The position numbers were made by a program, and so were the translations under genes. Below are positions 23,642-33,700 of a DNA stretch of 49,056 nucleotides, one piece after another. Where the stretch lies: positions 1 through 49,056 of the forward strand of contig SBAX01000279.1 of assembly GCA_005240095.1 (NCBI GenBank), in the 5' to 3' direction. The first letter of the stretch is position 1. The number at the start of each line of letters is the position of its first letter. Under the pieces are notes generated by a model, which was given only the letters and a program-made list of their open reading frames with translations, was not told where the DNA came from and did not search any database. This stretch comes from Phycisphaera mikurensis. Its GTDB lineage: Bacteria > Planctomycetota > Phycisphaerae > UBA1845.

Positions 23642-24256
23642 ATGCACGCCTGCCACCGATCGATCGGCGTGATCATCTTGTTTGGCGCCATCGGCTGCGC
23701 AGCGCAGCCGAGAGTCGTGTCACAACAGGAAGACAAGCCTGGGCCGGTGGCCTTTCAGGCAGAGCTTCGGGACGAGCTGCTGAAGATGATGGCGGCGGAT
23801 CAGGAGCTGCGCAATCAACTGAGCGGTCAGAATGCGAGCAATGTTCGGCTGGTTTGGAAGATGAACGCCCTGGATATGCAGCATACGGCGCGGTTGAAGG
23901 AAATCGTCGAGGACGTCGGGTGGCCGGGAAAGAGCATCGTCGGCGAAGACGGCGCTCTTGCGGCCTGGCTGCTCGTGCAGCACGCCGATCTCGATCCCAA
24001 GTTTCAGGAGCAATGCCTGAAGCTGATGGAGCAGGCCCTGCGCGAGGGCGAAGTGGCGGCCAAGGACGTGGCCTACCTGACCGATCGCGTGCGGGTCAAT
24101 CAGGGCCGCCCGCAGGTCTACGGCACGCAGTTCCACACCGTGAACGGCCTCCTCGTGCCCAAGCCCATCGAAGATCCCGAGCGCGTTGACGAACGCCGCA
24201 GGCACGTCGGCCTGGGGACCATGGAGGAGTACACGAAAGACATGCGCGGCGGCTGA
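23642..24256 (+). CDS. Putative lipoprotein, hypothetical
   Basis: ATG at 23642. Lipobox-like signal (VIILFGAIGCAAQ) and a helical repeat body. No recognisable catalytic motif. Confidence 0.55.
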   Translation: MHACHRSIGVIILFGAIGCAAQPRVVSQQEDKPGPVAFQAELRDELLKMMAADQELRNQLSGQNASNVRLVWKMNALDMQHTARLKEIVEDVGWPGKSIVGEDGALAAWLLVQHADLDPKFQEQCLKLMEQALREGEVAAKDVAYLTDRVRVNQGRPQVYGTQFHTVNGLLVPKPIEDPERVDERRRHVGLGTMEEYTKDMRGG

Positions 24257-24333
24257 GGCCGGTGAGCGGAGGTCCGCTATTGCCGGAGGCTTCGTTCTGA
24301 TAGGATGCGAGGTTGGGCGTTCGAGAACAGGCT

Positions 24334-24648
24334 ATGGTTGCGGCGAAGATCTCCATTCCGAAAGAGCAGCTCCAGGACTTTTGCAAACGATGGAAAGTCA
24401 CGGAGGTTGCCCTGTTCGGTTCGGTCCTGCGACCGGACTTCAGTCAAGCCAGCGACGTAGATGTTCTGGTCACATTTGCGCCCGATGCGCGATGGACACT
24501 CTTTCACTTTGCGCAGATGAGATCGGAATTGTCGCTGATCTTTGGTCGCGACGTCGATCTGGTCAGCAAGCGGGCGATAGAGTCCAGTCGCAACTATCTC
24601 CGCCGCCAGGCGATCCTCTCCACGGCCGAGACGATCCATGTCGCCTGA
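24334..24648 (+). CDS. mntA: MNT-type nucleotidyltransferase antitoxin (type VII TA)
   Basis: Motif LFGSVLR...SDVDVLV. An 11-nt overlap with the downstream HepT-like gene. Confidence 0.8.
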   Translation: MVAAKISIPKEQLQDFCKRWKVTEVALFGSVLRPDFSQASDVDVLVTFAPDARWTLFHFAQMRSELSLIFGRDVDLVSKRAIESSRNYLRRQAILSTAETIHVA

Positions 24649-24976
24649 CGACACCTACCTGCTTGATATCCTCGACTCGGCCCGACTCGCCCTTCACTAC
24701 ATCCAAGGAAAGAGCGAGGAGGAATTCAGGCGGGATTTCCAGCTACAAGACTCGATCATTCGCCGACTCGCGGTAATCGGCGAGGCGGCGCGCCGCGTCT
24801 CGAAGGGGACGCGAGAGCGCTGGCCGGACATCGCATGGCAGAGCATGATCGCCATGCGGAATGTCATGATTCACGACTACGACGAAATCGACTTGGTGAT
24901 CGTCTGGGACACCGTGCAGGGGGACCTCCCCAAGCTCGTTGAACAGCTTGAGAAAATCGTGCCTGGTCAGGCTTAG
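24638..24976 (+). CDS. hepT: HepT-like (DUF86) RNase toxin
   Basis: Rx4HxY motif (RNVMIHDY), ~110 aa, directly coupled to the MNT gene. Confidence 0.8.
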   Translation: MSPDDTYLLDILDSARLALHYIQGKSEEEFRRDFQLQDSIIRRLAVIGEAARRVSKGTRERWPDIAWQSMIAMRNVMIHDYDEIDLVIVWDTVQGDLPKLVEQLEKIVPGQA

Positions 24977-25058
24977 CCGCCCACACCGCGCCTACTGGAT
25001 TTTGACGGGTGCAAGAGCTGTCCGCTAGCATGGCGGTTTTGAGCAAGGGAGGTTGGCC

Positions 25059-26222
25059 GTGCCCGATAGCAAGACGCCGGATTTTTACAACGTCGACTCG
25101 CTTCTTACCGAGGAAGAGCGCCAGGTCCGCGACACCGTCGGGCGGTTCGTGGACGATCGTGTGCTGCCCATCATCGCCGACTGCTTCGAGCATGAGCGTT
25201 TTCCGAAGGAACTGATCCCGGAGATGGCCGAGCTGGGCTTGTTCGGGCCCACCCTCCACGACTACGGCTGCGCCGGGCTCAACAACGTGGCCTACGGGCT
25301 GATCATGCAGGAGCTGGAGCGCGGCGACAGTGGGCTGCGGAGTTTCGCCTCCGTGCAGAGCGGCCTGTGCATGTACCCGATCCACACCTACGGCTCCGAT
25401 GAGCAGAAGAGCCGCTGGCTGCCGCAAATGGCCAGGGCCAAGGCTATCGGGTGCTTTGGCCTCACCGAACCCGACGGCGGCAGCGACCCCGGCAACATGA
25501 AGACCTTCGCTGCCAAGAAGGGCGGCGACTGGGTGATCAGCGGGGCGAAGATGTGGATCACCAACGGCAGCGTCGCCGACGTGGCCGTGGTGTGGGCCAA
25601 TACCGACAATGGCATCCGCGGGTTCCTGGTGGAGAAGGGCACGCCTGGCTACACCACTCGGGACATCCCCCACAAGTTCTCGCTGCGGGCGTCTGTTACC
25701 AGCGAGCTTTTTTTTGACAACTGCCGTGTGCCGGAGTCGAACCGCCTGCCAAAGGCGGAAGGGCTCATTGCTCCCTTAAGCTGCCTGACGCAGGCCCGCT
25801 ACGGCATCGCCTGGGGCGGCGTGGGTGCGGCCATGGCCTGCTATCGCGAGGCCCTGGAGTTCTGCCGCCAGCGGGTGCTCTTCGGCGCCCCGCTCATCAA
25901 CAAGCAGCACATGCAGATTCGCCTCGCCGACATTCTCCGCCGCATCACCCTGGGCCAGCTTCTGGCACTTCAGCTCGGCCGCCTCAAGGACCAGGGCACC
26001 ATGCACCACACGCAGGTCTCGCTGGCCAAGTGGAACAACGTACGCTTAGGGCTGGACATCGCCCGCGAAGCCCGCGACATCCTCGGCGCCGGCGGCATCA
26101 CCGTGGAATGCTCCCCCGTCCGCCACATGCTCAACCTCGAAAGCGTCATCACCTACGAAGGCACCGAAACCATCCACCAGCTCATCGTCGGCCGGGAGAT
26201 CACGGGTGTCGGGGCTCTCTAA
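25059..26222 (+). CDS. gcdH: Glutaryl-CoA dehydrogenase (acyl-CoA dehydrogenase family)
   Basis: Collinear ACAD pattern with GCDH-type N-terminus (FYNVDSLLTEEE...), CFGLTEPDGGSDP, and C-terminal YEGT.IH. GTG at 25059 is preferred over TTG at 25053 because the SD site AAGGGAGG ends at 25052. Confidence 0.85.
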   Translation: MPDSKTPDFYNVDSLLTEEERQVRDTVGRFVDDRVLPIIADCFEHERFPKELIPEMAELGLFGPTLHDYGCAGLNNVAYGLIMQELERGDSGLRSFASVQSGLCMYPIHTYGSDEQKSRWLPQMARAKAIGCFGLTEPDGGSDPGNMKTFAAKKGGDWVISGAKMWITNGSVADVAVVWANTDNGIRGFLVEKGTPGYTTRDIPHKFSLRASVTSELFFDNCRVPESNRLPKAEGLIAPLSCLTQARYGIAWGGVGAAMACYREALEFCRQRVLFGAPLINKQHMQIRLADILRRITLGQLLALQLGRLKDQGTMHHTQVSLAKWNNVRLGLDIAREARDILGAGGITVECSPVRHMLNLESVITYEGTETIHQLIVGREITGVGAL

Positions 26223-26322
26223 ACTGTCGATTGCCGATTGATCTAGCCGGGAAGGGCCCAGGGCAATTGCTGGCAAGAGGTGGAGGCGCGTCGTATAATA
26301 ATAAGCTGATGGAGTGATTCCC

Positions 26323-26517
26323 ATGATGACTGCGACTAGCATTCGCAAGCATCTGGTGCGCCAGCCGTTCAGGCCGTTTCGGATTTGGCTGTCGGACGGT
26401 CATACTCTCGACGTTCGCTACCCCGATATGTGCCTCCTCACGCCCAACATGATCTACGTGGGCATCCCGCACCCCGATGAAGAGGGCGTTGCCCTTGATG
26501 TCGTGGATGCGCGATAA
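26323..26517 (+). CDS. Small conserved-looking hypothetical protein (64 aa)
   Basis: GGAG lies 8 nt upstream of the ATG, and a TATAAT hexamer sits at 26294-26299. Sequence MMTATSIRKHLVRQPFRPFRIWLSDGHTLDVRYPDM... No known function. Confidence 0.45.
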   Translation: MMTATSIRKHLVRQPFRPFRIWLSDGHTLDVRYPDMCLLTPNMIYVGIPHPDEEGVALDVVDAR

Positions 26518-26590
26518 TGCACGTGACCAGCATCGAGCCGATCAACGGGAAGCCGACCAAGGCCAGACGGACACGAAAGCGCAAGACTCC

Positions 26591-26896
26591 ATGAACGCCG
26601 CCGACAGCAGCGATGGCTCTCTCGTGGTGACGCTGATCCTTGTATACATCGGGGCGTGGACGGCGGTGCTACTTTGGTTGAGTTTCCGAGTCGTGCGCTG
26701 GAACCCCTGGGTCCGCAGCGTTGAAGACCGTGATCTTAAGCAGCGAGTCATGCGTGAAGCCACGGCACGTGCCTATCGTCATGGAGAACTCACCTCTATC
26801 TCCTCGCCGTGGTCCTGCCCGGTTGTGTTGCTGTCATCCTTTTTCAGGAGTCTTTGCAGGCGCGATTGGGTGACATGGCTACTCTTTTCCCGGTAG
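26591..26896 (+). CDS. Small membrane protein, hypothetical (start and 3' end uncertain)
   Basis: One clear TM helix (LVVTLILVYIGAWTAVLLWLSF). Its 3' 88 nt overlap the next ORF in another frame, so a frameshift or an alternative start is possible. Confidence 0.3.
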   Translation: MNAADSSDGSLVVTLILVYIGAWTAVLLWLSFRVVRWNPWVRSVEDRDLKQRVMREATARAYRHGELTSISSPWSCPVVLLSSFFRSLCRRDWVTWLLFSR

Positions 26897-27267
26897 TCGT
26901 CCTTTCTGGGAGCATGACCGCGGGGGTATTCCTGCTATACGCGCCGGTTTACCGTAGTGCGGTACAGACCAGGGTAGAGCGCATGCTTTCCTCTACATGT
27001 CCCGATTGTGGATGCGACTTTGCCGGGCAGCAGTTCACCGACTGCCCATCCTGCGGCGTAGAGCTGGCGCCTTCCAGTAAGTACTCTGTGAAAGTCCACC
27101 AGCTCGACCTGCGGACCGCGAAAGGCCGGGTCAAGGTCGCATTGATTCTGCTCTTGGCAATCGTCGGGGGCCTGGAAGGTTGGCAGAAGTGGGGGAAGCT
27201 GAAGAACTGGGACTGCGGTCAACCCGACTGCCCCAACTGCGCTCCCAAGAGAACACATCCTCAATAG
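26809..27267 (+). CDS. Membrane protein with zinc ribbon (CPDCG...CPSCG) and C-terminal CGQPDCPNC, hypothetical
   Basis: TM helices flank CPDCGCDFAGQQFTDCPSCG. The start may be GTG 26809 or ATG 26875. Locally lower-GC region. Confidence 0.4.
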   Translation: MVLPGCVAVILFQESLQARLGDMATLFPVVVLSGSMTAGVFLLYAPVYRSAVQTRVERMLSSTCPDCGCDFAGQQFTDCPSCGVELAPSSKYSVKVHQLDLRTAKGRVKVALILLLAIVGGLEGWQKWGKLKNWDCGQPDCPNCAPKRTHPQ

Positions 27268-27392
27268 GCCTGAACAGTTCGTTAGCCCGGCAATCTTGAC
27301 AGTGTTCTGGCGCGGGCGGAGGATCCCACTCGGTTACGGGCTCCGATTTCTCGATCCTGATCCTTCGGATCATCTCGCCGGAGGGACTTGCC

Positions 27393-28145
27393 ATGCCTCG
27401 CACCGCGGCGCTGATCTACGGGGTTGTCGCCTACCTGTTCTTCTTGGTGACCTTCTGCTACGCCATCGGATTCGTGGAGAACATGGTTGTTCCCAAGGGG
27501 ATTGACGACGGGGCGGTCGTGAGCGCGCAGCGGGCGATTCTGGTCAACGTCGTGCTGCTGGGGCTGTTCGGCATCCAGCACAGCGTCATGGCCCGGCCGC
27601 AGTTCAAGGAGTGGTGGTGCCGGTTTGTGCCGCGGCCCATCGAGCGCTCCACGTTCGTGCTGTTTGCGACCGCGATTCTGGCCCTGCTCATGTGGCAGTG
27701 GCGGCCAATGCCGACCATCGTCTGGGAGGTCCAAACGCCAGCCCTGCGCGGCGTACTGTACGGCATGTCCTTCGGCGGATGGATCCTCGTTCTCTATGCC
27801 ACGTTCGTCATCGATCACTTCGATCTCTTCGGCCTGCGGCAGGTGTGGTTCTACTACCGCTGGATCGAATATCGCCCGCCACCGTTCATGGAGCGCTCGG
27901 TGTACCGCGTCGTGCGTCACCCCCTGATGGTCGGCTTCATCGTCGCCTTCTGGTCCGCCCCCACCATGACCCAGGGGCATCTGCTCTTCGCCATCGTGAC
28001 CACGGCCTACATCCTCGTGGCCATCCAGATCGAAGAGCGGGACCTGGTGGCCCTCTTGGGCGAGGCCTATCGCGACTATCGCCGCCGCACGCCCATGCTG
28101 ATCCCCATCGGGCGAGCGCGGCGGGCCTCGTCGGCTGCGAAGTGA
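27393..28145 (+). CDS. ICMT-family integral membrane methyltransferase (MddA / NnrU-like)
   Basis: Multiple TM helices. C-terminal motif YRVVRHPLMVGF...EERDLVALLGEAYRDYRRRTPMLIP is typical of isoprenylcysteine carboxyl methyltransferase-fold enzymes. Confidence 0.7.
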   Translation: MPRTAALIYGVVAYLFFLVTFCYAIGFVENMVVPKGIDDGAVVSAQRAILVNVVLLGLFGIQHSVMARPQFKEWWCRFVPRPIERSTFVLFATAILALLMWQWRPMPTIVWEVQTPALRGVLYGMSFGGWILVLYATFVIDHFDLFGLRQVWFYYRWIEYRPPPFMERSVYRVVRHPLMVGFIVAFWSAPTMTQGHLLFAIVTTAYILVAIQIEERDLVALLGEAYRDYRRRTPMLIPIGRARRASSAAK

Positions 28146-28271
28146 TCACACGGCGCGGCGCCGATGTTGCATGTGGCTCCGAAAGGGGAAGGGCGTAGGA
28201 TGAAAGGCACGCTCCCCGGGCTGAGCGTGTGAGCCCAGGGAGCGGCCGCGGGCAGCGCCGCCCGGATTGCA

Positions 28272-28829
28272 TCACTCCACGATCAGGCGGGGCTTCATGC
28301 GGATGGGCCTGGAGATGTTCCAGAAGTTCGGCGAGGTGGCCATGACCGTTTGATGAACCTCCTCGAACTGCTGGGGCGTCCCGTTGCCCTTGAGGTGCAC
28401 CGTGTAGCGGATTTCTTCGTAGCCCGGAGGCACGGACTTATCCAGGCCCAGGAACCCGCGGAGGTCCAGCTCCCCTTCCGTCTCGATGGTGATCGACCCC
28501 AGCTCGATGCCGCGGACGGCACAGCCGGCCACGTAGCCCACCATCATGCAGGCGTTGAGCCCGGCCATGAGTACCTCCTGGGGGTTAGGGGCCACCGCCT
28601 GCCCGAGCAGCTCGGTGGGCTCGTCGGTGCAGATGGCGAAGTTCCGCCGCAGCCGCCTGCCCCCCAGTTCCCACGCCTCCACGCGGGTCTCGGACTGCGT
28701 GCCGCCCTTCCAGCGCGTGCTCACCTGGAACTTCGCCAGCCCGCACTGGGGCTTGGCGGACACGTCCTCCGCCATTCTCTGCAGCGCCTGCGTGTCGATC
28801 CCGTTCACTTTTTCTTGTGTTGCCTGCAT
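28272..28829 (-). CDS. OsmC/Ohr-family peroxiredoxin-like protein
   Basis: ATG at 28829 preceded by AAGGAG. OsmC-type pattern (PNPQEVLMAGLNACMM...). The longer ORF to 29021 has no support. Confidence 0.75.
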   Translation of the reverse strand: MQATQEKVNGIDTQALQRMAEDVSAKPQCGLAKFQVSTRWKGGTQSETRVEAWELGGRRLRRNFAICTDEPTELLGQAVAPNPQEVLMAGLNACMMVGYVAGCAVRGIELGSITIETEGELDLRGFLGLDKSVPPGYEEIRYTVHLKGNGTPQQFEEVHQTVMATSPNFWNISRPIRMKPRLIVE

Positions 28830-29033
28830 GGTTACTGCTCCTTTGCGTTCGATTTCGTTCTTTGCCGGCCCGCTGGCGGCTCCTGCCCTAATAGATGCGC
28901 TGTTTTGAGCCGTGCGGGAGTTGACTGTCAGTCCGCGTGGGGTTGACTTGAAGTAAACCCGCCCATGGGGATAAAAGACGCCGGGTCGGATCGGGCGATC
29001 GCGCCAAGCACGTAGGATCAAGGCGGGCGAGTC

Positions 29034-29684
29034 ATGGCGGGAACATCAAGGGATCGCATCATCCAGATTGCGCACGACCGGATCTACCGCGTGGGCTTTT
29101 CCGCCGTAGGCCTGGACGGCATTCTCGCGGAAGCCGGCGTCACCAAAACTACCTTCTACAAGCATTTCGAGAGTAAGGACGATCTCGTGCGGGAAGTGCT
29201 GGACTGGCATGACCGCTGGTGGCAGGAGACGTTCCGGCAGATGCTGCAGCGTTACGGCGGCGACAGCCCTCGCGGGCAACTCCTGGCCGTGCCCGACGCG
29301 CTGGAGGAACTGTTCAACGACTCGGGCTTCAACGGCTGCTTCTTCGTAAACGTCGCCGTGCAGTTTCCCCTGCCGCATGACCCGGCCCATCAGGCGGCCG
29401 CCGCCCACAAACGAGCCATGGAAGCCATCGTCCGCGAGTTGGCGGGCTACGCCGGGGCCGACGATGCCGCGGCCTTCGCCGAGGAATTCACCCTGGTCAT
29501 GGAAGGGGCCTACGTGACGCGTCAGGTCACCTGTAAGCCGGGGACCAGCACGATCGTCCGCCGGCTCGTGGACATGATCGTCGAGCGGCACATCTCCGTT
29601 CGCGGCCGGCCTACGGAGAAGGGCTCGTCCGGCCGTGCTCGCTCTGCGGATCGCAAAGCGAGACCGTCGGCTCGTAGGTCGTGA
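29034..29684 (+). CDS. TetR/AcrR-family transcriptional regulator
   Basis: N-terminal HTH (GFSAVGLDGILAEAGVTKTTFYKHFESKDDL). Divergent from the OsmC gene. Confidence 0.85.
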   Translation: MAGTSRDRIIQIAHDRIYRVGFSAVGLDGILAEAGVTKTTFYKHFESKDDLVREVLDWHDRWWQETFRQMLQRYGGDSPRGQLLAVPDALEELFNDSGFNGCFFVNVAVQFPLPHDPAHQAAAAHKRAMEAIVRELAGYAGADDAAAFAEEFTLVMEGAYVTRQVTCKPGTSTIVRRLVDMIVERHISVRGRPTEKGSSGRARSADRKARPSARRS

Positions 29685-30726
29685 CCGAGTAATCAGCGCA
29701 GCGGTCCGCGCAGCGTACCACCGCGCGGGCGGCCACAACGCCGGCGTTGAACAAGCGCCACGTCAGGGTGGCCCTCCGGGGGTCCTGCAACTTGAACCGC
29801 AGTCTGGCCTGCAGGCGGGCCGTCCATAGGTTGATTCGTGAAGCTGCCGGGAGCTCGCCCGTGAGGGACGCGAATTGCACATCGATGGGTTGCACCTCGC
29901 AAGGCTGCGTGGATTGCACGACAAGCCCGTGCTCAATCAGTTTCCGCGACGACTCCAGAATGCTCCCAATGTACATCGGTTCAAGGAAATCGTCGCCGTC
30001 AACCGGGACCGGGAGCCAGGTGCTCAGAAGCGGGAGCGGAATCGACACATCGACATCGACGGCTTCCTCTCGCACGGTCACATCCGCATACAGTTCTGTG
30101 AAACGCGCTTGGGCACCAGCCTCGCGGACACACAACCCACGACGGTCAGCGTGGGCGGACAGTTCAAGCACTTCTGTGTTTCCCCGGCTGGTCAGACGGA
30201 TGATCTCCGCGGCATCCGGCGACCCGCGTCGCACTGACAGGACAAGCTGCCAGGGTATGTCCATCGGAAAAGCATCCGGCTGGAGCCGCAATACCAGAAA
30301 CGACGTCTGAGCCGACAACGGGTTCCGACAACTGTAGTTCACGCGGAGCGCCCGCAGTTTACCGAGTGCGTAGGATTCTGCCGCGGGCCAGTCCCCAGGA
30401 TTCAGGCGGCATTCCGTGGCCAGTCGGCTGCCATCGGCGCTGCGGAGCACCAGCACACGCTCGAGAAGACCAGCGTGGCGTTCCGCCGCGTCCGCAATGG
30501 CAAGCCGCGCAACATCGCCGTTCTCGTCCGGTTGTATCGCATGCCAGTGCAGCAGATCCTCCGCGGCGATGTCCAGTCGAATCTCAACATGGTCATGCTC
30601 GATGGCGATCTCCCCGCTGCTAAGAAGCAGATGATGAGCCCGCGCCCCCGTCGCATGCGCGCTCGTGCACAGCAGGACAAGGTGCACCCAAGCACGTCTC
30701 CACCGATGATGGTCAGTTCGCGGCAT
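29611..30726 (-). CDS. Secreted two-domain hypothetical protein, last gene of the sugar/GH38 operon
   Basis: Signal peptide (WVHLVLLCTSAHA) and a His-rich start to the mature part (HHLLLSSGEIAIEHDHVEIRLDI). 14-nt overlap with the GH38 stop. 74-nt convergent overlap with the tetR 3' end. Confidence 0.5.
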   Translation of the reverse strand: MPRTDHHRWRRAWVHLVLLCTSAHATGARAHHLLLSSGEIAIEHDHVEIRLDIAAEDLLHWHAIQPDENGDVARLAIADAAERHAGLLERVLVLRSADGSRLATECRLNPGDWPAAESYALGKLRALRVNYSCRNPLSAQTSFLVLRLQPDAFPMDIPWQLVLSVRRGSPDAAEIIRLTSRGNTEVLELSAHADRRGLCVREAGAQARFTELYADVTVREEAVDVDVSIPLPLLSTWLPVPVDGDDFLEPMYIGSILESSRKLIEHGLVVQSTQPCEVQPIDVQFASLTGELPAASRINLWTARLQARLRFKLQDPRRATLTWRLFNAGVVAARAVVRCADRCADYSVTTYEPTVSLCDPQSEHGRTSPSP

Positions 30727-33700
30727 AGATGTCCACTTCCGTAAAGAACGTGCCCGTGCCGCCGGGTGTTACCCAAAGAAGATAGCGGAACGAGCCGATG
30801 CTGGTCTGCCCGGCGCTCGGCTCAATGGAAGAGCCGTGCACGCAGCCGCGCCCCAATTCGCGGGTGTCCACAACGGCTAGCAGAGTCCACTGCCCGTGCT
30901 GGCCATGTCCAAAACCGGGGTCCGGCAGGGCATCGGAGTTGGCGCCCCACAGCGAAAAGAACTGCCGGGCGCGTTCAGCGCGATGCCACGAGTAGGTGTT
31001 CACCCGCGCAATCGGCATCGCCTGCTTCAGGTCGATGTAGAAGCGGCCTTCGTTGTCCCACCAGGAGGTGCGCTGGGTGTCGTCGTGATTCTCGGCCGAC
31101 TGCCCATCGTTGAGCCGAGGCAGGACGTCACCCACGGCTCCGGCCTTGGGGTGCGGGCGCAGCTCACGGTCGCGATCGAAATAGCGGAATTCAGTCCCGT
31201 TTCCGGCGCTCTGATCTGCATCGTCCGACGCCGAAGGTGGACCCATGCGCAGCTCGGCAAAGGCGGCGCGCCGATCGAGGACCACTGCGGCCAGAGGCGC
31301 TAAGCCTTCGTGCAATGGCGTGGGCGGCGGCGGGTACGTGTGCCGCAGCTCGACGGGCTTGCGACCGGTGAAGTCATCGTACAGAGGCGCGGCCAGCCGG
31401 ACCGCGCCGTTGTCGCTATGGGAAAGCGTCATCGCCAGCACCTTGATCCGCGGCTCGCTGGGGAATCGCAGTCGCCGCTCGTCGCCGCGAAGCGGAAATG
31501 CATATTGGAACAGGTAGCTGAAGCGATAGGCCTCGTTGCCCTTGGTAGGATGGTGACGGTGCGTGCAGAACCAGGCGATGGGATCGCGCTTGATGTACGC
31601 AGGCTTAAAGCCCGTCACGTTTCCCTCGCACCGATAGTCGACCTCGCCGAAGGGCCGATCCCAGATGCGGTCGTCCCATTGTCCGACAAACCCGGTCCAC
31701 GACTGCACCGACCATTGGTGAGGAAAGTTTCCCAGAATCAGCGAAGCAGTAAGGTCCTCGTCGGCAGCGGCGAGAATGTGCAGATAGTCGAAGTTGCCCT
31801 CGGGCAAGGCGATCTCCTGTCCCCGGCAGGCCATGGCGTTCATTTGGCCGTCGCTGGTCGGTCCCAACTCGAAGGTAATCCCGTCGCTGACTAGCGTGGA
31901 GGGGAGCATCTCCGCCGGGATGGTTCGACCCGACATGTCGAACGCGCCGTCATCAGAACGATCGTCGTTGGACACGACATCGGCGTCGTAGGGAACCGGC
32001 ACCATCCTGGATTGAGGGGCCGACAAATAGACCGGCGGTTCAGCAAGCTGCACGGCGAAGGTCTTGGGCGCGAAAGGTGAAAGGTCAAGCACGAGCTTCC
32101 CCTCACGCACATTCGCTCGGGCCACCGGGCGTTCCTGGCCGTCGGTTTCCTGAGCCTCGACAATCGGGTGGGCGAAGCTCACTTCTACGTTCTTGGCTTC
32201 CCGTCCCCACAGCTCCTGGACGCGAACGATCACTCCCTCCGCGTGCTCGGCAAGCTTGATCGCCCGGATGTCCACTTGGTCGGTATTGACGCCCACGAGG
32301 GAAAACGCCCTACCTAGCGCACCGGCGTGGGATTCGCCCTGCCAGACCCGAAGCGGCTGATTGAGGCGCCGCCCTTGCCACTCGCTGCGGGCTTCGCGCC
32401 AGTCGCCCTCGTGGCCGTACACAGCATACACGATGTCGTGCCGACCCCAGTCCTGACTGTGCTGATCCAGATACCCGTAGCGGACGCCGGGAGTGTAGAG
32501 CAGCGTCAGTCGCACCTCGTTGTCGGAGGGCTTGTCCGACCCGTACTTGGAGTCGTCCAGAATGGAGACTCCAAAATCGCCTGACCGGTCCGTCAGATCA
32601 AACCATTCGTGAGAGGGAACTTCATACTTCGTGGGTTCATTGTTGCCTCGTTCGATGGTGCCTACAGCCCAATTATACGTGGCCTTGGTATTTGCGGCCG
32701 TCAGCGGAAACGACGCCTTGAGTGCGCATTCGGGAGACTGCCAGTCAATGTCATTGGCGATTTCAATGTGCTTCCCGGCATCGCCGGCGGCCAGGCGGAT
32801 CGTCTGCCGGATGATCGAGTTGCGCGCCTGCCGCTCGATCTCCAGGGCCACGCGCACCGGCCCGCGCTCCACGATGCGCACCTTCGCCGGACCCGCTACG
32901 GCGTCGACGGGCGGCTTCTGCCGATCGTACCAGTCCATGTTCCACGCCGGCCAGTGCTGCGGCTTCTCGCGGGTAAAGACCAGCCGCGCCGGCGCCGAAA
33001 GCAGCTCGCGCCCCCCAAGCCCCTTGTCCACGATACTGCGGATGTCGCCGTTGCCATCGATGGAGATGCGGTAGTGTTCATTCTCCAACTGTTCTTCCGT
33101 AATTCGCAGCGGCCGCGCCGCGTCGCTTTGCTGTGCCTCGCGAACGTCATACACGGACCAGGATACCGAAGGCACCTTCGCCAGAAAAAGGAAACGGACG
33201 CTGTTGCCGGCTCGATCTATGGTCTGCGAGGGAACCGGCGCACCCGTGGGATCGAACACCTGGATCGACTGCGGAGCCGGCCGGTCGAAACGTACCGTTG
33301 CCCCGACGACGTCTTCGCGGGCAATGGCCAACGAGTTGTATACGATCAGCGGGACACCCGACGCGCGTGTGTCCAGGGCCCGGGCGATCGCCCCGACGGA
33401 GTTGTGCGCTACCGCCGCAAAACCGTTGCTCGCCACGATCTCATCATTCCATGAATAGGTGTAGGCTCGCGGAATGCTCGTCCCCGGAAGGATGTCGTGC
33501 ATCTGGTTGGCCAGCAGACGCACCCAGGAGCGGTTCAGCTTCTCACGCGGGTATTCCGCTCCGCCCAGCCAGTGAGCGGCAACCGCCGCCCGCTCTGCGG
33601 CATCGGCGAGAATCTCGTTTTTGCGGTTCCAGCGCTTCATGTAGGACTGCGACGTAAGCGTCCCCGCAGAGTGTTCGGTCAGCAGCAGGTCACCCTTGTA

